From contig OY969553.1 of the NCBI GenBank assembly GCA_963700925.1, forward strand, positions 3,417,631 through 3,481,630: a stretch of 64,000 nt of DNA. Reading direction: 5' to 3'. A program made the position numbers and the translations under genes. Under the pieces are notes generated by a model, which saw only the letters and a program-made list of their open reading frames with translations, had not been told where the DNA came from and did not search any database. This document shows, in pieces, positions 24,597 to 32,272 of this stretch. Numbering within the stretch: the stretch's first letter is position 1; each line of letters opens with the position of its first letter. This DNA comes from an uncultured Actinomycetota bacterium (GTDB lineage: Bacteria > Actinomycetota > Actinomycetes > Actinomycetales > CAWJMD01).

Positions 24597-26849
24597 TCAT
24601 TGTTTCCGGTCGTGGGCGGCCCGTGTGTGCCGTGTGGAAGGCGGGTCGTGCGTCGGGACACCAAGAAGGTCGTGGACTGCATTCACGATGTCGCTCTCGC
24701 CGAGGAGCACGGTCTCAGCGGACGGTCCGAGTGGGATGAAGCTGTCCGCGCTGGTGACTCGCGCCAGTCGCCCCTCGTAGCCGTTGTCGACCAGCGCAGC
24801 GATGACGCCCTCGGATACGCCGCCGCTCTGCCGGGTCTCATCCACGACAAGAACCGCGGCGAACTCTTCAGCGACGCCTGTGACCGCCTCGACCGGAAGC
24901 GGCGCCAGCCAGCGCAGGTCGAGCACCGTACTTGCCACACCGCGAGAGGCCAGGGTTGCTGAAGCCCGACGGCTCAGGTGCACACCGTTGCCGAAGGTCA
25001 CGAGCAAGACGTCGCGGCCCTCGCCGTGCAACCCGACCTCGCCCAGCGGCGTGCATGCCTGGGCCGCGGTTGGAGGCATGTAGGGCGCGGTCCACTCGCC
25101 ATCGCCGTCCGCGAGAAGATCGCGGCTGTGGTAGCGCGCGATGGGCTCGAGAAAGACGCACACGCGGCCATCCTGTTGGGCCAGGGAGAAGCAGGTGCGC
25201 AGCAGGCCCGGAGCCTCAGCCGGATGGCTCGGGACGGCGACGACGAGCCCGGGGATGTCCCGCAGGACCGCGACCGAGTTGTCGTTGTGGAAGTGACCGC
25301 CGAAGCCACGCTGGTACGCGAGTCCGGCGACCCGGACGACCATTCCGTTGCCGTACTGACCGTTGGAGAAGAAGCGCAGGGTGGCGGCCTCGCCGCGAAG
25401 CTGGTCCTCGGCGTTGTGCAGGTACGCGAGGTACTGGATCTCGGGCATGGGCACGTACCCCGCCAGCGCCGTCCCGAGCGCGACCCCGAGGATGGTCTGC
25501 TCATCGAGCAAGGTGTCGAAGACTCTGTGGCCGCCGAAGCGCTTCCGCAGTGCGCGGGTGACTCCGTACACCCCGCCCTTGATCGCAACGTCCTGGCCGA
25601 AGACCAGGGACTCGGGGTGGGCGGCCATCAGGTCCACGAGGGTGGCGTTGATGGCTTGGGCGAGGGTCATCCGTGGCCCGGACTCGGGCAGGCGGCCGTC
25701 CCATGCCTTGGTGCGGTCCTCGGCGGCCAGGACGGGCTGTGCGAGTGCTCCCTGGCTCGGGAGGGCGAGCGGGGCCATGACAGCGTCCCTGCTGTGGAGC
25801 CGTTCCTCGTCGAGGACGTGCTTGGCCTCGTCCATGACCTCTTGCCGGACGGCCTCGTAGCGGTCCAGGATCTCGATCGGCGACATGACGCCCCGATCGA
25901 CCAACGCACAGGCCGACGCGAGCAGGGGATCTCGCGTGTACTCAGCGAGGATCTCGCTGCGGGAGCGGTACGCACTTTCTGTGTCCGAGCCGGCGTGGCC
26001 CATGAACCGAACTGTGCGCAGGTGGAGCACTGCGGGGCGTCTGCTGCGACGAACGGTGGCCAACGACGTCGACACAACCGTCAACAGCGACTCAGGGTCG
26101 GCGCCGTCCACGTGCCAGTAGCGAAGCCCCGGAAGGCGCTGGAGTGCCGCCGCCGGCCAGCCGTTCGGGGACCTGGTGCTGATGCCGATGCCGTTGTCCT
26201 CGCACACGAACAGGACAGGGCAGCCCACGTTGCGGTGGGCCAGATATGCGGCTGAGTTGAGGGCTCCCGTGGCCGTCGAGTGGTTCGCGGACGCATCACC
26301 GAAGCTGCAGATGACGACCGAGTCTCCGGGCCAAGGAGACTCGACACCCGTGTTGCGGCCGAGTTCGAGGGCGTAGGCGAGCCCGACCGCCCTGGGCAGA
26401 TGCGAGCTGATGGTCGACGTCTGGGGGATGATGCTCAGTCCTGGGTGGCCGAAGACCTTGTGGCGTCCGCCTGACATCGGGTCGCTCTTGGCCGAGGTGA
26501 GGCTGAGCAGGATGTTGCGGATCCCGTGGCTGCTCCCGGCCACGCGGGCTCGCGCAGCGTAGAAGCCACCGGATCGGTAGTGGAGCAGCGCAGGGTCATC
26601 GACACGCGACAGGAGGCCCAGCGCGGCATTGCTCTCGTGACCGGCCGAGCCGATGGTGTAGTAGCCCTTGCCCTGTGACTGGAGCCAACGAGCGGCGAAG
26701 TCAAGATGTCGGCTCTCCACCTGGGCTTCGAACAGACATCGGAGCGAGGCAGGATCTGCAACCGCTTCGTGCGTGCTCGGCTCCGGGTGGCCGCCGCCAT
26801 GCTCGCGCGCACGGAGGAGACGGACGAAGTGTTCGTCGATCGTCTCCAA
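24597..26849 (-). CDS. fused alpha/beta E1-component thiamine-diphosphate-dependent 2-oxoacid dehydrogenase
   Basis: Track ORF of 750 aa with a TTG start. The N-terminal half is E1-alpha-like (GDASANHSTATGALNSAAYL..PVLFVCEDNGIGIST). The C-terminal half is E1-beta/transketolase-like (VFDTLLDEQTILGVALGTALAG...EPIARY). Confidence 0.85.
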   Translation of the reverse strand: METIDEHFVRLLRAREHGGGHPEPSTHEAVADPASLRCLFEAQVESRHLDFAARWLQSQGKGYYTIGSAGHESNAALGLLSRVDDPALLHYRSGGFYAARARVAGSSHGIRNILLSLTSAKSDPMSGGRHKVFGHPGLSIIPQTSTISSHLPRAVGLAYALELGRNTGVESPWPGDSVVICSFGDASANHSTATGALNSAAYLAHRNVGCPVLFVCEDNGIGISTRSPNGWPAAALQRLPGLRYWHVDGADPESLLTVVSTSLATVRRSRRPAVLHLRTVRFMGHAGSDTESAYRSRSEILAEYTRDPLLASACALVDRGVMSPIEILDRYEAVRQEVMDEAKHVLDEERLHSRDAVMAPLALPSQGALAQPVLAAEDRTKAWDGRLPESGPRMTLAQAINATLVDLMAAHPESLVFGQDVAIKGGVYGVTRALRKRFGGHRVFDTLLDEQTILGVALGTALAGYVPMPEIQYLAYLHNAEDQLRGEAATLRFFSNGQYGNGMVVRVAGLAYQRGFGGHFHNDNSVAVLRDIPGLVVAVPSHPAEAPGLLRTCFSLAQQDGRVCVFLEPIARYHSRDLLADGDGEWTAPYMPPTAAQACTPLGEVGLHGEGRDVLLVTFGNGVHLSRRASATLASRGVASTVLDLRWLAPLPVEAVTGVAEEFAAVLVVDETRQSGGVSEGVIAALVDNGYEGRLARVTSADSFIPLGPSAETVLLGESDIVNAVHDLLGVPTHDPPSTRHTRAAHDRKQ

Positions 26850-27125
26850 CTCGGCACTCCCTCACGTCCTGGCACGCCGCGCTCGAGAACGCGGCGCGGT
26901 CTGGCATCCCTGCTCAGACAATCTTCCCGATTGTGGCCCTCGGCGGGTACTCGTGATCGTCAGGGGCTGCTCAGACGCAGGCCTGGATCGAAACGTCGGG
27001 GCCAGGGTGGATCTGCAGGTGGACGTGACTCGGCCAGTTCGTCAGCGGGCTGCTGGTTCTGGCCGCGACTGCCCCTGTTCGCAGGTCCACCTCCGTGACC
27101 CTCGATACTTGGGTACGTTCCCCGC

Positions 27126-27551
27126 ATGACCAACGATGCGACGGCCGATGAGCACCCCGCGGACCACGAGGCACACCTCCATCCGACCGTGTCGTGGGAT
27201 ACCGACTGGCTTCTCGACCAGTTCGTCACGATGGCGAACACGTCCGAGGAGTTTCGGATCACGATCACCGTCAATCACAGTGGCCTCCTGATCGTCGGCG
27301 ACCTCGTGGGTGGCGCTGCGTGGTCGCGGGCTGTCGAGGATCGACTTCGGGGGGCGAGCGGGGTCGAGGGCATGGCGGTGTTCCGCGAGGAGCTGTCGAA
27401 GGCTGAGGACGACCCGCAACTCGGCCCGCTGCGCTTCCTGCACCTTCTGGACGCCCGGGTCATCCAGGGAGGTGGCTACAGCTACAAGGCTGGGCCGTGG
27501 CGTGGCCGGCTCACCGAAGTCTCGGGATGGGCATTCGGCAAACCGAGCTGA
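27126..27551 (+). CDS. GvpU-like protein (gas-vesicle-accessory GvpU family resemblance)
   Basis: Track ORF of 141 aa. The pattern DWLLDQFVTMANTSEEFRITITVNHSGLLIVGDLV...FLHLLDARV...PWRGRLTEVSGWAFGK resembles the GvpU family as I remember it. No other gvp genes are present. Confidence 0.45.
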   Translation: MTNDATADEHPADHEAHLHPTVSWDTDWLLDQFVTMANTSEEFRITITVNHSGLLIVGDLVGGAAWSRAVEDRLRGASGVEGMAVFREELSKAEDDPQLGPLRFLHLLDARVIQGGGYSYKAGPWRGRLTEVSGWAFGKPS

Positions 27552-27792
27552 GCCTGAGCGCCGTATGGTTTGCTCCGTGATTCACGGTCTGCGACAACGA
27601 TGAACAATAGTCTCGATCCCGTTGCTCGAGCTCAGGCGGCGAATAGGGTTTTCAGGCCAATGTGCCACGGCTCGACGACGTCGCCTTTGCGTTGCATTGG
27701 TTCGCGCCGCTTCGCCACGAATTGACGTGATGGCGTGTTGCCGGCGTGCTAGCGTCCAGGCGATCGTGATCCATCGGCAGGAGGTGAGTCCC

Positions 27793-27852
27793 ATGAACGC
27801 GGAATCCGCAGTGGGTGCTCCGCTGCCGTCCACGATCGCGCGACTCAGGTAG
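27793..27852 (+). CDS. possible 19-codon upstream ORF
   Basis: GGCAGGAGGTGAGTCCC-ATG encodes MNAESAVGAPLPSTIARLR*. It ends 46 nt before the patatin start. The only support is the strong SD and its position. Confidence 0.2.
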   Translation: MNAESAVGAPLPSTIARLR

Positions 27853-27898
27853 TCGCCACCGGGAGCGCCCGCCAGGCAACTCGCGAAAGGCGACTCCC

Positions 27899-28897
27899 AT
27901 GAACACAACACCCTTTTCAACCCTGCACTTCACCTCGGCGACGGCCTCCGACCGGCCGAGGTCCGACCAGGATCAGCCTCACGTCGATGCCACGCATCAG
28001 GTGCGCGCCGCGGGTGAGCGAGCGTTGGTCCTCGGTGGTGGCGGAGCGGCAGGCAACGCGTGGCTGATCGGTGTGATCGCCGGCCTGTTTGATGCCGGAC
28101 TGGATGTGACCGAGGCCGATCTGATCATCGGGACGTCGGCCGGATCGACGGCCGCGGCCCAGATCGCGAGCGCGAGCCCGACCCAACTGCTGGCCGACAT
28201 CCTTTCCGCTGCGCCGCAACACCGGACTGGTCCGGTCGGTTCCGACGGTGGACGCGGTCCGAGCAGGCCGGTGACGGACCACTTGGAGAAGATCACCAAG
28301 GTCATGGCCGCCGCTGAGGATGCGGCTGACATGCGCCGCACCATGGGCGCGGCGGCACTCGAGATGGATGCGGCGTCGGACGGCTCCTGGCAAGCACGGT
28401 GGCGCGCCACTGTCGCCGCTCGGCTGCCCAGTGAGCGCTGGCCGGAAGGACGGGTACTCCTCACAGCGGTCGATGCCCGTACCGGCGAACCGGTCGTGTT
28501 CGACCGCGACAGCGGAGTCGACCTGGTGGACGCCGTCGCCGCCAGCTGTGCCGGGGGTGGCCTGCCTTACCGGATCGGGGATGGCCGATTCATCGACGGC
28601 GGCTACCGACGAGCCAGCGAGAATGCCGATCTGGCAGCCGGCTACGGGCGGGTGCTGGTGCTGTCACCACTTGGCGGCAGGTCACTGGCGCCGCTCGACT
28701 GGGGCATGCATCTTGCAGCGCAGGTCGACGAGTTACGCATCGGCGGCAGCAGCGTCGAGACCATCCTGCCGGATAGCCACTCCCGCAACGCATTCGGCGG
28801 CAACATGATGGATCTGTCGACGCGGCCGCCCGCCGCCCGAGCCGGTTACGACCAAGGCAGAGCCACTGCCGAGCAACTCACCGAATTCTGGCGCTGA
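27899..28897 (+). CDS. patatin-like phospholipase
   Basis: Track ORF 27815..28897 trimmed to ATG 27899. It has the oxyanion GGGGAAG, the nucleophile elbow GTSAGS, and the catalytic Asp motif FIDGGY. Confidence 0.85.
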   Translation: MNTTPFSTLHFTSATASDRPRSDQDQPHVDATHQVRAAGERALVLGGGGAAGNAWLIGVIAGLFDAGLDVTEADLIIGTSAGSTAAAQIASASPTQLLADILSAAPQHRTGPVGSDGGRGPSRPVTDHLEKITKVMAAAEDAADMRRTMGAAALEMDAASDGSWQARWRATVAARLPSERWPEGRVLLTAVDARTGEPVVFDRDSGVDLVDAVAASCAGGGLPYRIGDGRFIDGGYRRASENADLAAGYGRVLVLSPLGGRSLAPLDWGMHLAAQVDELRIGGSSVETILPDSHSRNAFGGNMMDLSTRPPAARAGYDQGRATAEQLTEFWR

Positions 28898-28929
28898 CGT
28901 CCTGCGACGAACTGCCCGACAGCGCACGA

Positions 28930-28963
28930 CAGAGGCCCCCAGGCGTCGAGCCAGGGGCCTCTG
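28930..28963. terminator. GC hairpin, third member of the CAGAGGCCCC family (bidirectional position)
   Basis: CAGAGGCCCC-CAGGC-GTCGA-GCCA-GGGGCCTCTG. It lies between the convergent patatin gene and the small membrane protein gene. Confidence 0.55.
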
Positions 28964-29023
28964 ACGTGCGGCCAGGGCGTGATGTGTTGCCACTCCAGCG
29001 CAGCGGGCGCAAGGCGTCCGCCG

Positions 29024-29311
29024 TCAGAGCGGAGCGTCGGCGCCGCCGGCGGGTGCCTTGTCCATGTAGCGTTCAACCCAGTACGGCGTGGGTACCTCCG
29101 CGGGTGCCTCGTGCTCCATGTAGCGCTGAACCCAGTGGGGCGTGGGCACCTCGGCCGCGGGCGCCGGCACCTCTTGCGAGAAGCCGGTTTTGGTCGCATC
29201 GGCGACCGCCACGACGGCCAGCGCGGCCAGCACGAACGCGGTCGCGATCGCGACGACGATGGCAACCGGCGGCAGGTGGTAACGGCCGGCGGAGATGGTG
29301 TTGACGGACAT
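29024..29311 (-). CDS. small N-terminally anchored membrane protein with two tandem W/Y-rich repeats
   Basis: Track ORF of 95 aa. A strong SD (GGAAGGAG) lies 8 nt upstream. The TM helix is PPVAIVVAIATAFVLAALAVVAV. The repeats are AEVPTPHWVQRYMEHEAP and AEVPTPYWVERYMDKAP. Confidence 0.6.
   Translation of the reverse strand: MSVNTISAGRYHLPPVAIVVAIATAFVLAALAVVAVADATKTGFSQEVPAPAAEVPTPHWVQRYMEHEAPAEVPTPYWVERYMDKAPAGGADAPL
29052..29158. repeat. two tandem ~51/54-bp coding repeats
   Basis: GGTGCCTTGTCCATGTAGCGTTCAACCCAGTACGGCGTGGGTACCTC... versus GGTGCCTCGTGCTCCATGTAGCGCTGAACCCAGTGGGGCGTGGGCACCTC... Confidence 0.8.
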
Positions 29312-29333
29312 GATGGTTCTCCTTCCCTGTGTT

Positions 29334-29385
29334 GGTGAAGCGGTGTGGTGAATCTCTGTGTTGAATCTCTGTGGTGAAGCGGTGT
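29334..29385 (-). promoter_or_regulatory. A-B-B-A direct-repeat block in the leader of the small membrane protein gene
   Basis: Plus-strand units are GGTGAAGCGGTGT (29334 and 29373) and TGAATCTCTGTG (29349 and 29362). Confidence 0.35.
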
Positions 29386-29396
29386 TGTGGGGCCGC

Positions 29397-30218
29397 TCAG
29401 GCCTTGCGGGCCACGGCGATGAGGTACTCCCAGTCGAGGGCGAGCGTGCCGTCGGTCGCGTAGTTCGCGGCCGCTGCCAGGGCGGCGACGTCTGCGCGGA
29501 ACGCGAGACGACCCTCCGGGGTCAGCCGTTCGGCGGCCTTCCTCGTGGGCCCGTAGTGGGTGATGAAGAAGTCGGCGAAGAAGTCGGCCGACGGGAACCG
29601 CTGCGTCACCGTCGCCGTGCTGAAGGTCAGCACGGCAACTCGGTCTCCGAGGAGCTCACTGATGCCCTCCTCGGTGCCCCAGCGCGTGGGCGGCAGTGCC
29701 CCGGGCGGGGGCGCGGCGTGCGTGCCCACGGTCTTCAGGAGCCGACCGATGAAGCCGGTCGGTGTCCAGCTCGCGATGCCGACGTGCCCACCGCGCTTGG
29801 CCACCCGGACGAGCTCGTCGGCCGCCCGCGCGTGATCGGCCGTGAACATGACGCCGATGGACGACAGGACCGAGTCGAACGAGCCGTCCTCGAACGGCAG
29901 GCGCTCGGCGTCGGCCTCGCGGAAGTCAACAGTCAGTCCCTCGGCCAGCGCCCGCTGCTCGGCAGTGGCGAGAAGCGCGGGCACGTAGTCGATGCCGGTG
30001 ACTTCGGTGAAGTTGCGGGCTGCCGCGATCGCGACGTGTCCCGTGCCGGTGGCCACGTCGAGGACGCGTGATCCCGGTCGCAGGCCGACCGTTTCGACCA
30101 GGTGCTCGGCGACGGGAACGGTCAGCCACGCGACCTTGCCGTAGTCGCCGCTGCTCCATGTCTGCTGCTGCTTGACCTTGATCTCTTCGAACGTTGTCGT
30201 GCTGGTCATGCGGATCAT
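29397..30218 (-). CDS. class I SAM-dependent methyltransferase
   Basis: Track ORF of 273 aa. Motif I is RVLDVATGTGHVAIAAA, with a later GGHVGIASW. Confidence 0.85.
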   Translation of the reverse strand: MIRMTSTTTFEEIKVKQQQTWSSGDYGKVAWLTVPVAEHLVETVGLRPGSRVLDVATGTGHVAIAAARNFTEVTGIDYVPALLATAEQRALAEGLTVDFREADAERLPFEDGSFDSVLSSIGVMFTADHARAADELVRVAKRGGHVGIASWTPTGFIGRLLKTVGTHAAPPPGALPPTRWGTEEGISELLGDRVAVLTFSTATVTQRFPSADFFADFFITHYGPTRKAAERLTPEGRLAFRADVAALAAAANYATDGTLALDWEYLIAVARKA

Positions 30219-30258
30219 CCCTTCGGGTCAGCGCCAGATCGCGCACGCGACTGGCACA

Positions 30259-30281
30259 CACGGCCGCATCTGACGGCCGTG
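30259..30281 (-). terminator. 8-bp GC hairpin between FAD/DinB gene and methyltransferase gene
   Basis: CACGGCCG-CATCTGA-CGGCCGTG. This could be an attenuator or processing site within a co-directional cluster. Confidence 0.35.
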
Positions 30282-30311
30282 CGATGTGGGTGTTGTGTGG
30301 TTTGCCGGCGC

Positions 30312-32186
30312 TCAGTCCGGTGGAAGTGGGTACGGCGCAAGCGCTTTGAGATACGGCTCCGGGTCGCCGCGCCAGTCGTACGAGCGGATCTCCCGGGCGC
30401 TCCGTCGTCCGGAGATCGCACGGAACAACGCATGTCGCTCCGCAGTCACGGTTGCGGCCGGCTCCCCGTGGCCGAGGACCCACTCCCGCTGACCGTCGCT
30501 CAGCCGCAGCGCCGGGAGCGCGCGTCCGACGAGCCGTGCGTGCAGCCAGTGCCGGTATCCCCTGAAGCCCAGGCGTGTCACCGCCGCGCCGGCCTCGGCA
30601 TCGACCTGGAGCGCCTCACGGATGTCGTCGACGTGCACCGCCAGGTCGGCGACTGGTGCGGTGAGTGACCACGCAGGCCCCGCGAGGGGTTCACCCGCGC
30701 GCACTGCGGCTGCGTAGCGCCCGACGTGCTCCTCGAGCGAGCGAAGCACCTTCTCGAGATCCCAGCCAGCACGGTCGGCGACGTGCCCCGCGGTCCACTG
30801 CTCCCGGGCGTTGGCGAGGGACGGGTCGCGCCACGCGTCGAGGGCGCCGCTGAAGTACGCCCCACCGACCGTGTCCTCGGCCACGCCGGCGAGATGCCCC
30901 AGCAGATCCCTGACAGTCCAGTCGGGGCAGGCCGGTACGACCGTGCCGAGCTGCGCAGGTTCGAGATCGGCGACCAGGGTGCGTATCGTCCGCAGTCCGT
31001 CCTCGTAGGCCCACGCAGCGTCCCACCGCGTCATGCGCTCGGGCGTCACGAGCTCTGACGGCCGGACTCTCTTCGTGAACAGGTCCAGGAACAGCTGGCC
31101 CGCCACCGGGTCGGCGGCAAGGCCTGCGTAGTGCGCGGCGCGTCCGTCGCCGAACCGGGACAGCTCGAAGGACCAGTCGTAGTGCTCCTCCGCGCGGCCG
31201 TCCCGCCAGGCCTCGTACTCGCTCAGATCCCCTGTGCCGACCAGTGTTTCGGCGACCCAGAAGGCCTGCTGCACGGCGTCGCCGATGCCTTGCGCGGTCG
31301 CTGGGTGCTTGAAGTGGCCTGCGTCGCCCACCAGGGCCCAGCCTGGTCCGGACGCAGGACGGTAGAAGCCGCGCATCATCGTCTCGGGCGCCACGACCAG
31401 CGGCGACACGCGCTCGGCGCTGTCGAGGAGGCGGGCATTGAGCGTCGCCGGGAACTGTCGCAGACCCTCGTCGTAGCGGCGCTCCCGCTCCCGGGTGGAG
31501 CCACGCGTGATCTCCGGGTGCCCTCCCAGTGCCAGGAGGTGCAGGCCGTCCTCGCATGGCGAGGACATCAGCGCCGACTGCTCGCGAACGTCGATCCGAC
31601 ACTCGTCGGACGTCGGCAGTCCCCGCCAGTACGACAGGAGGAACGCCATCTCGCCCCTGAGCTCCAGGCGATTTCGCAGGCCCACGCTGCGGGCGACGAT
31701 GGACCGGCGACCATCGGCGCCGATCACCCAACGCGACGAGATCCGTTCTCCTGTCTCGAGCTCGACGCCACTCACCGGCGAGGTACCGCCGCCGAGCAGT
31801 CCGGTGACGACGGTCCCGAGGCGCAGCTCCGCACCGGCGTCCACCGCAGCGTGAACCAGAGCCTCGTCCAGGACGATCCGCCGCACGCATGCCGCGCGCC
31901 GGTACTTCCCGACCGGGGTGAACTCTCCGGCAACTTCGTGCCCGAGAACGCGCCAGCTGTACCGCAGCAGCGGGATGTCGTGCGCGGCGTTCAGTCTGTC
32001 CATGACGCCGATCTCGTCCAGACGCTGCAGCGTGTCCGGGAACATCACGTGGGTGGACACGGTGTCGCTCGGGATCCCGTCCCGGTCCACGAGCAGCACT
32101 CGCCAGCCGCTCCGGGCGAGCAGCGTCGCCAGCGTGGCGCCGGCGCATCGCGCCCCCACCACGATCGCGTCGTACTGCGTGTCCAT
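30312..32186 (-). CDS. FAD-dependent monooxygenase fused to a DinB/mycothiol-dependent maleylpyruvate-isomerase-N-like domain
   Basis: Track ORF 30312..32333 trimmed to ATG 32186. The N-terminus is MDTQYDAIVVGARCAGATLATLLARSGWRVLLVDRD, with a later GWALVGDAGHFKHPATAQG. The C-terminal ~220 aa read LVADLEPAQLGTVVPACPDWTVRDLLGHLAGV..., a DinB_2/TIGR03083-like pattern. Confidence 0.8.
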   Translation of the reverse strand: MDTQYDAIVVGARCAGATLATLLARSGWRVLLVDRDGIPSDTVSTHVMFPDTLQRLDEIGVMDRLNAAHDIPLLRYSWRVLGHEVAGEFTPVGKYRRAACVRRIVLDEALVHAAVDAGAELRLGTVVTGLLGGGTSPVSGVELETGERISSRWVIGADGRRSIVARSVGLRNRLELRGEMAFLLSYWRGLPTSDECRIDVREQSALMSSPCEDGLHLLALGGHPEITRGSTRERERRYDEGLRQFPATLNARLLDSAERVSPLVVAPETMMRGFYRPASGPGWALVGDAGHFKHPATAQGIGDAVQQAFWVAETLVGTGDLSEYEAWRDGRAEEHYDWSFELSRFGDGRAAHYAGLAADPVAGQLFLDLFTKRVRPSELVTPERMTRWDAAWAYEDGLRTIRTLVADLEPAQLGTVVPACPDWTVRDLLGHLAGVAEDTVGGAYFSGALDAWRDPSLANAREQWTAGHVADRAGWDLEKVLRSLEEHVGRYAAAVRAGEPLAGPAWSLTAPVADLAVHVDDIREALQVDAEAGAAVTRLGFRGYRHWLHARLVGRALPALRLSDGQREWVLGHGEPAATVTAERHALFRAISGRRSAREIRSYDWRGDPEPYLKALAPYPLPPD

Positions 32187-32272
32187 CGGAGCTCCAGCCG
32201 TGTCGAGAAACCTTGTGCCGACCACCTTGCCGATCGCCTGTTGCAGTTGTGTTGAGGCGGCGTGGAGCCGCG

